A stretch of DNA of 64,000 bases from Candidatus Fimenecus sp. Lineage in GTDB: Bacteria > Bacillota > Clostridia > Oscillospirales > Acutalibacteraceae. The number at the start of each line of letters is the position of its first letter. The first letter of the stretch is position 1. The translations under genes were made by a program, and so were the position numbers. This document shows positions 1-11,610 of this stretch, piece by piece. The notes under the pieces are model-generated. The model was not told where the DNA came from, ran no database searches, and worked only from the letters and a program-made list of their open reading frames with translations. Where the stretch lies: NCBI GenBank assembly GCA_045655645.1, contig JAZOPS010000051.1:50536-114535 (forward strand), written 5' to 3'.

Positions 1-1
1 C

Positions 2-613
2 TGTGCCTTCACCAATCATAGCACCAGCCATAAGTGAGTCAATTATAGCAGCATCACATGTACCTGCAGCAACTTCTGAAAGGGCAGTAGCTTGGTCAAC
101 AACTTCAGTATACTGGAAGTTGTTTGCAACAGCCTGGTCTTTACCTGCTGAACCTGCTTCAACTGCGAATTTAAGGTCCTTACAATCAGCTGCTGTCTTG
201 TATTGGTCTGCCTTATCAGCAGGAACAACGATTACCTGAGCGTTATTGCAATATGGGTTTGAACAATCCATACCTGCTTTAACTTCATCAGTAAGAGTCA
301 TACCATTCCATACGCAGTCAATGTTTTTGCCGTCAAGTTCCATAATCTTGTTATCCCAGTTGATTTCAACAAATTCAACTTCAACACCAAGATATTTAGC
401 AAATGCTTTTGCCATGTCAGCATCAAAACCAATCCAGTTACCATCTTTATCTTGATAGTCCATTGGTGCGAAATCAGTAATACCAACAACGAGCTTGCCG
501 TTTGCCTTAACGTATTCCATATCAGTTGCTTCTTTATCTCCGCCACAACCTGCGAAGCAAAGAGCCATCATAAGCACTGCTATAATAACAGCAAGAATTT
601 TTTTCATTTTCAT
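2..613 (-). CDS. Polar amino-acid ABC transporter substrate-binding lipoprotein (N-terminal part; gene runs off the left edge)
   Basis: Absent from the ORF track because there is no stop in the window. My minus-strand translation from ATG 613 reads MKMKKILAVIIAVLMMALCFAGCGGDKEATDMEYVKANGKLVVGITDFAPMDYQDKDGNWIGFDADMAKAFAKYLGVEVEFVEINWDNKIMELDGKNIDCVWNGMT... It has a lipobox (LCFAGC) and family-3 solute-binding protein motifs. A GGGG RBS lies at 623-626. Confidence 0.8.
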   Translation of the reverse strand, partial: MKMKKILAVIIAVLMMALCFAGCGGDKEATDMEYVKANGKLVVGITDFAPMDYQDKDGNWIGFDADMAKAFAKYLGVEVEFVEINWDNKIMELDGKNIDCVWNGMTLTDEVKAGMDCSNPYCNNAQVIVVPADKADQYKTAADCKDLKFAVEAGSAGKDQAVANNFQYTEVVDQATALSEVAAGTCDAAIIDSLMAGAMIGEGT

Positions 614-683
614 AATTTGTTACCCCTTTTTAATATGTTAAAGTGTTAATACGGTAGTATAATACTACATTAAAAAGCATTTG

Positions 684-1217
684 TCAACTAAAATCTATTT
701 CATCTATCAATCTTTTCAATAAAAATTCCGCCTTTTGACATTCTTCTTGAGATTCTTTTGATTTTTTAAACACAAGAACAATTGACGCAGTTACGATTAC
801 TCCTAAAACTACCGCCGACATTTTATTCATAGCACCCAGACTTTGTGCATAGAAAAGATAACCCAGAACTGCACAAACTGCAAAAATATAAACCAATCTA
901 ATTAACGGGTCATATAGTCTATCATAAACCATCGTATATTCAATATATGCACCCTTTTCATCTTCACCTACATCTAAAAGATAATGATATCTATCAAAAG
1001 TCATTGGTTGAAGTTGTTTATTTCGAGTATAAACATATTTAACTTTATACATCTTATCAAGTTTATAGAATTTACCAAAAATTCCCGTCATATCATCTTC
1101 AGCAGTTGGGGTTCTAAATGTCATATTGAGTTTTTCGCGAATTTTAAGTGTTGTTGCGTCAAGATAAATCTTTTTTGTTTCACTTAATTGTTTGTAATGT
1201 AATTTATTGATTTCCAT
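684..1217 (-). CDS. Hypothetical membrane protein (two predicted TM helices near the C-terminus)
   Basis: 177-aa ORF with hydrophobic stretches IRLVYIFAVCAVLGYLFYA and AVVLGVIVTASIVLVF. I recognise no family motif. Confidence 0.5.
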   Translation of the reverse strand: MEINKLHYKQLSETKKIYLDATTLKIREKLNMTFRTPTAEDDMTGIFGKFYKLDKMYKVKYVYTRNKQLQPMTFDRYHYLLDVGEDEKGAYIEYTMVYDRLYDPLIRLVYIFAVCAVLGYLFYAQSLGAMNKMSAVVLGVIVTASIVLVFKKSKESQEECQKAEFLLKRLIDEIDFS

Positions 1218-1320
1218 TTATATCACCTTATATAATTCTATATCAAAATAATATAAGTTTCAAGTTGAAATGAAAATTAAGATGTGGTATATTTAATTGA
1301 AATCAATTTGAGGTGCTAAA

Positions 1321-2283
1321 ATGAAGAGTTTTACAATCAATAAAAACGACGCCAACCAGCGTCTTGACAAGTTTATTACAAAGAGTGTCCCATTACTTCC
1401 TAAAACACTTATGTATAAATACATAAGAATAAAAAGAATTAAGGTAAACGGAAAACGTGCTGAGATTTCAACCAGACTTAATCTCGGTGATGTTGTTGAC
1501 ATGTATATTAATGATGAATTCTTTGAGAAAGCACCTGAAAAGTATGATTTTCTTAAGGCATCTAAAAATCTCAATATTATTTATGAAGATGAAAATATTA
1601 TTCTTTGTGATAAAAAAGTTGGTGTACTCTCCCACCCTGATGACAATGAATATATTGATACATTGATTGGCAGAATCAAGCGCTATTTATATGAAAAAGG
1701 TGAATACAAACCTGACGATGAACACTCTTTTGTGCCGTCACTTGTAAACAGAATTGACCGTAACACAGGTGGTATTGTTATCGCAGCAAAAAACGCTGAA
1801 ACGCTTCGTATTCTTAACCAAAAAATGAAAGACCGTGAACTGCACAAGTTCTATCTTTGCATTGTTCATGGTGAAATAAAAGCAAAAAGTGGACTTTTAG
1901 AAGGTTATCTTGTTAAAGACGAAAGCAAAAACAAGGTTACCGTTTCTAAAAAGAAAATGGCTGACTCAAAAGAAATCCGTACAAAGTATAATGTTATTGA
2001 TACTGATGACGATTTAAGTCTTGTCGAAGTTGAACTTTTAACAGGTCGAACTCATCAAATCAGAGCACATTTTGCATCTATCGGACATCCGCTTTTAGGT
2101 GATGGTAAATATGGCACAAATGCACAAAATAAGAAATACGGCTATAAAAAGCAATTCTTATATTCATATAAACTTGTATTTGATTTCACAACGGATGCAG
2201 GAATACTTGAATACTTGAATCATAAAGAGTTTGAAGTAAATGATGTGTGGTTTAAGAATGAGTTTTATAATAAGGGATTATAA
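1321..2283 (+). CDS. RluA-family 23S rRNA pseudouridine synthase (S4 domain plus catalytic domain)
   Basis: Catalytic-region motif VNRIDRNTGGIV and the HQIRAH motif. N-terminal S4-like segment. GAGGTG RBS upstream of the ATG. Confidence 0.85.
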   Translation: MKSFTINKNDANQRLDKFITKSVPLLPKTLMYKYIRIKRIKVNGKRAEISTRLNLGDVVDMYINDEFFEKAPEKYDFLKASKNLNIIYEDENIILCDKKVGVLSHPDDNEYIDTLIGRIKRYLYEKGEYKPDDEHSFVPSLVNRIDRNTGGIVIAAKNAETLRILNQKMKDRELHKFYLCIVHGEIKAKSGLLEGYLVKDESKNKVTVSKKKMADSKEIRTKYNVIDTDDDLSLVEVELLTGRTHQIRAHFASIGHPLLGDGKYGTNAQNKKYGYKKQFLYSYKLVFDFTTDAGILEYLNHKEFEVNDVWFKNEFYNKGL

Positions 2284-2285
2284 TT

Positions 2286-3206
2286 ATGGAAATTGCTGAC
2301 AGAATTAAGCTCATTGTTGAAAATCAATTAAATACATCTGTTAAAACTGTTTCCAGACTTGGTAACGGTGCAACTGCTACTGCTTATTCTGTTGAAATTA
2401 CTGATAAACCATATAAAATTGTTGTAAAAACAGGTAAATACACAGATTTACTTTTTGAAGAAAAGAAAATGCTTGATTTTCTCGGCGGAAAAGTCGATTT
2501 TAAAATTCCACACACATATTTCTATGTAAATGAAAATGAAACAGGTTTTCTTGGAATGGAGTTTGTTGACGGTATTTGTGGAAATGACAAAAAGATACGC
2601 CATATTAAGAATAAAAAGCACCTAGCAAACAATATTATTGATTGCTTTGAAAATATGCAGAGTGTTCAAAATGATTACTTTGGTTTTTATGAAAATGCAA
2701 TTTATGACAGTTGGCAAGATTTTTATTTTGATTTTTTCAAATCTACTTATTCTTTTGCATTAGAAAAATATAATAATGGTGAAATAAAAAAGATTGTGAT
2801 TGATGCGTTAAAACTTATTGAAATTAACTTTGATAAGATTTTTAGTGAAGTGAGCAAAACCGCATGTATTTCTCATGGTGATTTTTGGGTGAACAATATG
2901 ATTGTTGACACTAAAAAATGTGAAATTGCAGGAATATTTGACCCAAATAATGTTGCATGGGTTGAACCTGAATATGAAATTTTTGCCATTACTGTTGGTT
3001 ATGGAAAAAACCTTAAACTTTATAAAACATACAAAAAGAGAAAACAAACAAGTAAATATTGTGATTTAAAAATCGAGTTGTACGCACTTATCAATGAACT
3101 TGACTGGTATAAAAAACTTGGATTTTGCCCGATGGATTATTTATATTACAGGTCAAAACGACTGATTAAACAAATTAATAAAAACAAATTAAAAAGGACG
3201 GTTTAA
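2286..3206 (+). CDS. Phosphotransferase-family kinase (APH/choline-kinase/fructosamine-kinase fold)
   Basis: Catalytic loop ISHGDFWVNNMIV (HGD..N), and a glycine-rich N-lobe with a lysine in VVKTG. Substrate unknown. Confidence 0.6.
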   Translation: MEIADRIKLIVENQLNTSVKTVSRLGNGATATAYSVEITDKPYKIVVKTGKYTDLLFEEKKMLDFLGGKVDFKIPHTYFYVNENETGFLGMEFVDGICGNDKKIRHIKNKKHLANNIIDCFENMQSVQNDYFGFYENAIYDSWQDFYFDFFKSTYSFALEKYNNGEIKKIVIDALKLIEINFDKIFSEVSKTACISHGDFWVNNMIVDTKKCEIAGIFDPNNVAWVEPEYEIFAITVGYGKNLKLYKTYKKRKQTSKYCDLKIELYALINELDWYKKLGFCPMDYLYYRSKRLIKQINKNKLKRTV

Positions 3207-3217
3207 ACCGTCCTTTT
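3191..3217. terminator. Bidirectional intrinsic terminator
   Basis: Perfect palindrome GGACGGTTTAAACCGTCC (3196-3213) flanked by an A-run and a T-run, lying between convergent genes. Confidence 0.7.
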
Positions 3218-3224
3218 GTTTATA

Positions 3225-4016
3225 TTAGCCTACGAGCCATTTATATTTTTCTACACTATAAAGTGGAATGAGTGGTAAAAGAATTGGCACTCTTTTCACA
3301 TAAGCCTGATATTCAGGGTCATTGCCATAGTTCTTATTTTGACGAATTTCAAGTCTTCTTGCTCCACCAAACATTATGTAAACAATTGCAACATAACCTG
3401 CGATTGCACAGAGCCATTGTGCCCAATGATTAAGGGCGGTAACACCCGAAACAAAAACACCAGTCCAGATAAGCACTTCGCCTAAATAGTTTGGACAACG
3501 AACAATTTTGAATAATCCAACATCACAAAATCTCTTTGGATTTTTTTGCTTGAACTTGTTCTTTGTAAAGTCAGACGCAGACTCAAGAATAATACCAAGA
3601 GCCATAATAACTGTTCCCACAATTGCTGCTGCATCAGTTTTTACGCCATTTTGCAAACGGAACAAAATTGGACAAGTCTGGCAAACATAAAGAATTGCGC
3701 ATGAAATCCAAATAAAGAATTTTGCAATGAATTTCATATCAGAGCCATCTTTGATTTCTGTCTTCATTGTATTTTGATATGATTTACTCTTTAATTCACG
3801 TCTAAGCAAATATAAGCCCAAACGCAAACCATAAACAATGCAAAGAAGTGAGAGTATGATTGTTACAACCTCTAATGATTTAAAGAACATTATAAGCATT
3901 GCAACGCCAATACCTGCAACTGCAAAACCATAGCCTATTGAAATAAACCATACAAATTTTTTGTAACCTACTGCACACATTACGAGTGCTACTACAAATG
4001 CGATTAAAAAATACAT
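3225..4016 (-). CDS. DUF1295 / steroid 5-alpha-reductase-like polytopic membrane protein
   Basis: Multi-TM protein with the C-terminal signature RCPNYLGEVLIWTG, typical of the DUF1295/ICMT-like family. Confidence 0.7.
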   Translation of the reverse strand: MYFLIAFVVALVMCAVGYKKFVWFISIGYGFAVAGIGVAMLIMFFKSLEVVTIILSLLCIVYGLRLGLYLLRRELKSKSYQNTMKTEIKDGSDMKFIAKFFIWISCAILYVCQTCPILFRLQNGVKTDAAAIVGTVIMALGIILESASDFTKNKFKQKNPKRFCDVGLFKIVRCPNYLGEVLIWTGVFVSGVTALNHWAQWLCAIAGYVAIVYIMFGGARRLEIRQNKNYGNDPEYQAYVKRVPILLPLIPLYSVEKYKWLVG

Positions 4017-4035
4017 ATTCTTCTCCTACCTTTTC

Positions 4036-6018
<1,983 letters not shown>

Positions 6019-6094
6019 TTATTTCACCTTTTATTAAATCACTTTTTATAATTATTCTCTTGTTTTTGGGGATAATGTATAAAGGTGATTTTTT

Positions 6095-6490
6095 TTGAGA
6101 AATTCGATTGTTTATTTAATAATATTTTTAGTGGGTGGAATCGGTTATGGTGCTATTGAAATATGCTTTAGAGGTTACACCCACTGGTCAATGTTACTTA
6201 CAGGCGGCTCGGCTTTTCTGTCACTTTATTTAATACACAACACATTTCCAGACACTTCAATTTTTATTAAAGCCTTGTTGGGGATGGTCGTAATTACTCT
6301 GCTTGAATTATCTGTTGGCATAATTGTCAACAGAGTTTTCTCGCTTGGTGTATGGGATTATAGTAATCTGCCATACAACTTATTAGGACAAATTTCCTTG
6401 CCATTCTCTGCTTGTTGGTATGTTTTGTCGATTATCGCTTTTTATCTATTAGATAATATTAAGCCTCTTGCTGATTTACAGAAACTCTGA
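6095..6490 (+). CDS. Small polytopic membrane protein (resembles the putative ABC-transporter type IV / DUF1113 family)
   Basis: TTG start preceded by an AAAGGTGA RBS. Four hydrophobic segments and the motif GYGAIEICFRGYTHWSM. The 3' end overlaps the convergent GH27 gene. Confidence 0.5.
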   Translation: MRNSIVYLIIFLVGGIGYGAIEICFRGYTHWSMLLTGGSAFLSLYLIHNTFPDTSIFIKALLGMVVITLLELSVGIIVNRVFSLGVWDYSNLPYNLLGQISLPFSACWYVLSIIAFYLLDNIKPLADLQKL

Positions 6491-8186
6491 AAACTTTTAC
6501 GCCGTGTGGCACAACTGTGGTATTGAGTTTATCAGTAATAATTTCTTCTGTTTTATCCCAAAGTTCAACACATTTATATGATGAAGCTTTTGGCAATGTT
6601 ACATTAACAACATTGTGAACATCTGCCATATTGCAAGTCATATATGCATTAGATTTGCCTTTATTAAAGAAACAAACTGCAACTTCATTATCTGCAAGAG
6701 GTTTAACAAGAATATCTTGGAAAAGGTTTGTTTTAATTCTCTTGCATTGAATTCCAAGTTTATCTTGGTCGATAGCAATAACATCTTTATTTGTGAGAAT
6801 TTGAAGCACCTTATTATCTTTATCAACTGTTCCATCTTCTTTGATAAAATCTCTCACATCATTACCAAGAATAAGCGGTGCAGCCATCATTGACCAAAGA
6901 GTAAAGTGAGATTTGTTCTCATCAAGGGTAAGATTACCATTGCCTACTTCAAGCATATCAGGGTCATTGAAAGCACCAGGTCTTGCATATTTGTCAAGAC
7001 GTACATTTACTTCGTATATTCCAACAACTGATGCCCAGTTAGGTTGAATATCAGGAGTCGTTCGCCAGATGTTACCTGCTTTGCCGCCCCATTTCCAAGG
7101 TTGATTCCAACCCCATTCACAAATTGAATAGAGAATTTTCTTCTCTTCACAATTATTCTCTTCTGCATATTTCTTTGTTGCGCGTGCAAGTTCTTGACCC
7201 ATTTTTTCATATTGTCTTGCAGCACTATCCATTGGAGATGCAACAGGGTTAGTAATAGAAATTGTATTAACACCTGCTTTAAGATTAATCATAATCTGAC
7301 GGCGGCCTTCACGAGAAAAGGCTTTTTGCTCTGCAATTAAGAAATCATATTCGTCTTTGCCATTAACTGTTACAACACAGAACTGACCTTTACAGGTGTT
7401 TTTACGCATAACGAGAGTTAATACATATTCCCCATCTTCTGATACTTCTACATTATTAAATTCGATTGTACCAAGTCCACTGCAAAGACCTTTAACATAG
7501 CTTTTTCCGTCTTCTTCATTGATAACTTTTGCATCACCTTTTAAAACTGCGTCTTTTGCAGGAAATTCAAGTTCAGTTTCAAGCGAACTGCCACCAATTG
7601 TAACGCTATCAATATAAGGTGCATCTGTTGGAATTAAAACATGATGACAATAGTCATATTTGAAATATTCAATTCCCCATTCTGCAAAAGTTTCTGCGTC
7701 AATTCGCTCGTTATAAAGAGATGCAGGTAAATCTTCACAAGTAAGTGTTCCGTTTGAAGAATAAATGCCAAGTTTTAAACCAAGTTTATTAACTTCTTGG
7801 GCAAGCCATTTAATGCCATGTGGGAAAGTGGTTAAGTCACCTTGCATTCTTCCATTTTCATCGCGCATTGAAGATTGCCAACAATCATCAATATTGACAT
7901 AGATGTATCCAGCATCTGCTAATCCACTATCCTTCATAGCTTTTGCCATTGTAAGAAATACATTTTCGTCAATTCGATGTCTGAACAAATTCCAGCTTGA
8001 CCAACCCATTGGAGGTGTTAAGCCAGCCCCGTTGTTATACATTTCATCTTTTGTATAGTGAATCTTTGTTTTTGCAAGTGCTTTTTTTATTTCACACTTT
8101 GGGCAAATGTCTTTTTTCTTCAAATACAAAACACCACTACCAATAGCAGCAGTAATGCCTGATGCAATTGCAAGTCCCTTTTTCAT
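6459..8186 (-). CDS. GH27 alpha-galactosidase-family enzyme with an N-terminal TM anchor and an inserted CBM-like module
   Basis: GH27 motifs MGWSSWN, NIDDCW, FKYDYC (nucleophile region), CEWG and WRTTPDI. Start trimmed to ATG 8186 (MKKGLAIASG) behind a GAGGTG RBS; the track ORF begins at 8195. Confidence 0.85.
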   Translation of the reverse strand: MKKGLAIASGITAAIGSGVLYLKKKDICPKCEIKKALAKTKIHYTKDEMYNNGAGLTPPMGWSSWNLFRHRIDENVFLTMAKAMKDSGLADAGYIYVNIDDCWQSSMRDENGRMQGDLTTFPHGIKWLAQEVNKLGLKLGIYSSNGTLTCEDLPASLYNERIDAETFAEWGIEYFKYDYCHHVLIPTDAPYIDSVTIGGSSLETELEFPAKDAVLKGDAKVINEEDGKSYVKGLCSGLGTIEFNNVEVSEDGEYVLTLVMRKNTCKGQFCVVTVNGKDEYDFLIAEQKAFSREGRRQIMINLKAGVNTISITNPVASPMDSAARQYEKMGQELARATKKYAEENNCEEKKILYSICEWGWNQPWKWGGKAGNIWRTTPDIQPNWASVVGIYEVNVRLDKYARPGAFNDPDMLEVGNGNLTLDENKSHFTLWSMMAAPLILGNDVRDFIKEDGTVDKDNKVLQILTNKDVIAIDQDKLGIQCKRIKTNLFQDILVKPLADNEVAVCFFNKGKSNAYMTCNMADVHNVVNVTLPKASSYKCVELWDKTEEIITDKLNTTVVPHGVKVFRVSVNQQEA

Positions 8187-8199
8187 AAGTAACACCTCA

Positions 8200-8238
8200 T
8201 AAAAAACAGGTCAGATATCTTTAAAACATCTGACCTGT
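8200..8238 (-). terminator. Intrinsic terminator after the ispH/rpsA fusion gene
   Basis: ACAGGTCAGAT (8206-8216) pairs with ATCTGACCTGT (8228-8238), followed by a T-run on the minus strand. Confidence 0.75.
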
Positions 8239-8265
8239 AATATTTACGGCCTTATGCCGATTTAA

Positions 8266-10281
8266 TTATTCTTCAACAGGAGCTTCAACAGCTTCTTCTG
8301 CTACTTCAGCAGGAGCTTCTTCTGTTGCTTCTGCAACTTCTTCAACTACTGGTGGCTCAAGAAGTGCTTTGATTGAAAGGCTAACTCTCTTCTTATCGAA
8401 GTCGATTTCCATAATCTTTGCTTTAACTACATCGCCAACTTTGAGAACTTCAGCTGGTGTGCCAATGTGCTTATAAGCAATTTGCGAAATGTGGATAAGA
8501 CCATCAACGCCTGGAATAATCTGTGCAAAAGCACCGAATGATGTAAGGCTAACAATCTTGCATTCAACTTCGCTATCAACTGGATAATCACGCTTGAGAA
8601 CTTCCCAAGGATTATCTTCAACTTTCTTATAGCCAAGAGAAATCTTCTTGTTTTCTCTGTCGAGTTCTTTTACATAAACTTCGATAGCGTCGCCAACTTT
8701 AACAACTTCTGATGGGTGCTTAATTCTCTGCCATGAAAGTTCAGAGATATGTACCATGCCATCAACGCCGCCAAGGTCAACGAATGCACCATAGTTTGTA
8801 AGGCTTCTAACTGTGCCTGTGTAAACAGCGCCTTCTGCGATGTTTGCCCAGAATGCATCAACAACTTCTGCTTTCTTTGCTGCTGCAACTTCACGAATTG
8901 AACCAACAACTTTTCTTCTCTGCTTGTTTACTTCGATAATCTTGTATTCAACTTCTGCTTTGAGAAGGTCTTCAAGAGAATCACTTCTTCTCATTTTTGC
9001 AAGTGAAGCAGGAACAAATACCTTAATAGCACCGCTCTGAACAAATACACCTTTGTTGTCGCCAACAATGCCAGTAACAACGCCTGTGTGAATTGTGTCG
9101 TCTGCTTCAATGTTTTCCCAAATTGCGCCACGGTCATAAAGACGCTTTGAAAGTTTGATTGTACCTTCAACGTCATTTGTCTTCATAATGCGAAGTTTGA
9201 TTTCGTCGCCAACTTTAAGCTCTGCTTTTGGGTCAGCTGATGGGTCATCGCTATATTCATCAAAAGACACATAGCCTGTATGCTTTCTGCCTGCAATTTC
9301 AACCTGAATTTCTGTTGCTGTGAATCCAACAACAGTACCGATAACATTCTGGTCAGAACTCATGTTGTTGAGTGATTCTTCAAGCATCTGCTCAAAGCCT
9401 GTCTCCTCCATATTAATTGTGTTTGTGTTTTCAAAAATCTCGGACATCGTTTTTAGTACCTCCTTAATTATACTGTCGGGAGTTGAAGCACCCGCAGTAA
9501 CGCCTATTGATTGAACATCACAAAAGGCTATGTCCAAAAGCTCTTTTGCCGTTTCAATCAAATAAGTCGGGCAATTTGGTTCACACACAGCTTTAAGTTT
9601 TGCTGTATTTGAACTTGTTCGGCCACCAATTATTATCATCATATCATTTTTTTGAGATAATAACAGAGCCTCTGCCTGTCTTTCTTCGGTCGCATTACAT
9701 ATTGTATCAAAAATAATGGCATTTGTATAGTGTAAATTTATATTTTTTACACATTTTTTCCACTCTTTTATGCTAAAAGTAGTCTGCGAAACCACAATGA
9801 ATGGTTTTTCAGGTTTAAAATCGTTATTTTTAAGAATTTCATCCAATTCTTCACAAGAATTAAATACAAAACATTCCCCTGCACAATAGCTTTTAATGCC
9901 GACAACTTCAGGATGTTTCTTATCGCCTGCAATGAGTACAGGTAAATCTGTTTTTGAATTCTCGCGTACAATTTTATGAATTTTTTTTACAAAAGGACAA
10001 GTAGCGTCAGTATAATCCAAAGAATTATTTTCACAATATTCCAACACACAACGCTCAACGCCATGTGTGCGGATGACTACCTTTTTATCTTTTGTAGCAT
10101 TTTCTATTGAGTCAAGTATGTTAACACCTTTGTTTTCAAGGTCTTCTATTACTTGTGGATTATGAATTATCGGACCAAGAGTACAAACACTAACGCCTTT
10201 GTCAACAAGGTCATATAGCATATTTACTGCTCGATTAACGCCGAAACAAAATCCTGCTGTTTTTGCAAGAGTTATCTGCAC
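8266..10281 (-). CDS. ispH: Bifunctional 4-hydroxy-3-methylbut-2-enyl diphosphate reductase (IspH/LytB) / ribosomal protein S1 fusion
   Basis: The N-terminal ~280 aa is LytB-like (FCFGVNRAV, conserved Cys residues). The C-terminal part has four S1 OB-fold repeats (GxVxxxxxxGAFV motifs). This fusion is known in Clostridia. Confidence 0.9.
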   Translation of the reverse strand: MQITLAKTAGFCFGVNRAVNMLYDLVDKGVSVCTLGPIIHNPQVIEDLENKGVNILDSIENATKDKKVVIRTHGVERCVLEYCENNSLDYTDATCPFVKKIHKIVRENSKTDLPVLIAGDKKHPEVVGIKSYCAGECFVFNSCEELDEILKNNDFKPEKPFIVVSQTTFSIKEWKKCVKNINLHYTNAIIFDTICNATEERQAEALLLSQKNDMMIIIGGRTSSNTAKLKAVCEPNCPTYLIETAKELLDIAFCDVQSIGVTAGASTPDSIIKEVLKTMSEIFENTNTINMEETGFEQMLEESLNNMSSDQNVIGTVVGFTATEIQVEIAGRKHTGYVSFDEYSDDPSADPKAELKVGDEIKLRIMKTNDVEGTIKLSKRLYDRGAIWENIEADDTIHTGVVTGIVGDNKGVFVQSGAIKVFVPASLAKMRRSDSLEDLLKAEVEYKIIEVNKQRRKVVGSIREVAAAKKAEVVDAFWANIAEGAVYTGTVRSLTNYGAFVDLGGVDGMVHISELSWQRIKHPSEVVKVGDAIEVYVKELDRENKKISLGYKKVEDNPWEVLKRDYPVDSEVECKIVSLTSFGAFAQIIPGVDGLIHISQIAYKHIGTPAEVLKVGDVVKAKIMEIDFDKKRVSLSIKALLEPPVVEEVAEATEEAPAEVAEEAVEAPVEE

Positions 10282-10919
10282 TTACATTCCTCCCAAAGAG
10301 TTGTAATCATATCCATCGTCTTTCTCGCAACCGCTTTGTTTTCAGAAGTTTTACCGTTATCGGTAAATCCCATATCTTCATATTTAAAGGCTTCACCAAA
10401 ATTGACAATAACTTTCGAACCTTTTTTATCCTTGTCTTCCATATAAATTGCAGTTGGAATAATATCTGCACCAGTATATCTTGCTATATATCCTACGCCA
10501 GATTTAGCTTCTTTAGGTGTTCCGTCTGGCGAACGAGTACCTTCGGGGAAAATGCAAAGAATTTCGCCTCTTCTTACAAGTTCAATTGCAAAATTGAGCG
10601 CTCTTTTATCACCAATGCCACGCACAACTGGAAACGCATTGAACTGAGTCATAACTTTGTTTAAAACTGGGTTTTTAAAAAGCTCGCTCTTTGCTATAAA
10701 TCTAAATCTTCTTTTTGATGCCATGCCAACAAAAAATGGGTCTAATTCTGTAACATGGTTAGGTGCAATGATAAAGCCATCATTTCTGTCAATGTTTTCT
10801 AAGCCCTCAAATTCCACCTTATAAAGTATGTTGAGAAAAACCTTTAAAACAGGTCTAACAGAATCTAACAACTTATGGTTTTTAAAATTTGTATAATCAA
10901 ATTTTGGAGTTGTAGACAT
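10272..10919 (-). CDS. plsC: 1-acyl-sn-glycerol-3-phosphate acyltransferase
   Basis: The NHxxxxD motif (APNHVTELDP) and FPEGTRS. It sits in the conserved cmk-plsC-ispH/rpsA order. Confidence 0.85.
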   Translation of the reverse strand: MSTTPKFDYTNFKNHKLLDSVRPVLKVFLNILYKVEFEGLENIDRNDGFIIAPNHVTELDPFFVGMASKRRFRFIAKSELFKNPVLNKVMTQFNAFPVVRGIGDKRALNFAIELVRRGEILCIFPEGTRSPDGTPKEAKSGVGYIARYTGADIIPTAIYMEDKDKKGSKVIVNFGEAFKYEDMGFTDNGKTSENKAVARKTMDMITTLWEECKCR

Positions 10920-11582
10920 TTAAATCTTCTCCTCGACTGTTTTAACTATTGTATTGATTGACTCTTCAAGAGTCATACCTGTTGTGTTAACAATTACTGA
11001 ATCTTCAGCAGGTTTAAGTGGTGCAATTTCACGATGCGAATCGTTATAATCACGAACTTTCAAATCTTCGAGAACTTCTTCATAAGTAACGTTACTACCC
11101 TTTTCGATGAGTTCTTTGTATCTTCTCATTGCTCTTTCTTCGGGGTCTGCTGTAAGGAAAATTTTCACTTCTGCATTTGGAAGAACAACTGTTCCTATAT
11201 CTCTGCCGTCCATAAGGCAATTATTCTTTGCAGCAATGTCTCTTTGAAGGTCAAATAAAAACGCTCTAACCGCTGGAATAGCTGATACATTTGATGCAGC
11301 CATTGAAGCTTCTGGAAGTCTGATTTCAGTTGAAACATCATCACCATTCAAGAAAACATGCTGAACACCGTCAATAAATTTAAGTTCAACTGTAATATCT
11401 TTTAAAATCGCACCAACACCATCAACATCAGTTGTAACAATTGAGTTTCTTAAGCAATAAACTCCAACTGCTCTGTAAAGAGCACCTGTATCAACATAGA
11501 TGTAACCTAATTTTTGTGCTGCTGCACGAGCAACTGTACTTTTGCCAGCACCTGCTGGTCCATCAATAGCAACATTAATCAT
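10920..11582 (-). CDS. cmk: Cytidylate kinase
   Basis: P-loop IAIDGPAGAGKST and the motif YVDTGALYRA. Confidence 0.92.
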   Translation of the reverse strand: MINVAIDGPAGAGKSTVARAAAQKLGYIYVDTGALYRAVGVYCLRNSIVTTDVDGVGAILKDITVELKFIDGVQHVFLNGDDVSTEIRLPEASMAASNVSAIPAVRAFLFDLQRDIAAKNNCLMDGRDIGTVVLPNAEVKIFLTADPEERAMRRYKELIEKGSNVTYEEVLEDLKVRDYNDSHREIAPLKPAEDSVIVNTTGMTLEESINTIVKTVEEKI

Positions 11583-11610
11583 AAAATATATCTCCCTTTA
11601 AATAAAGTTT

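Noticed and set aside
8266-10281. The IspH-ribosomal protein S1 fusion as a novel fusion.
   Set aside because: This bifunctional arrangement, in the cmk-plsC-ispH/rpsA context, is a well-known feature of Clostridia genomes and is not novel.
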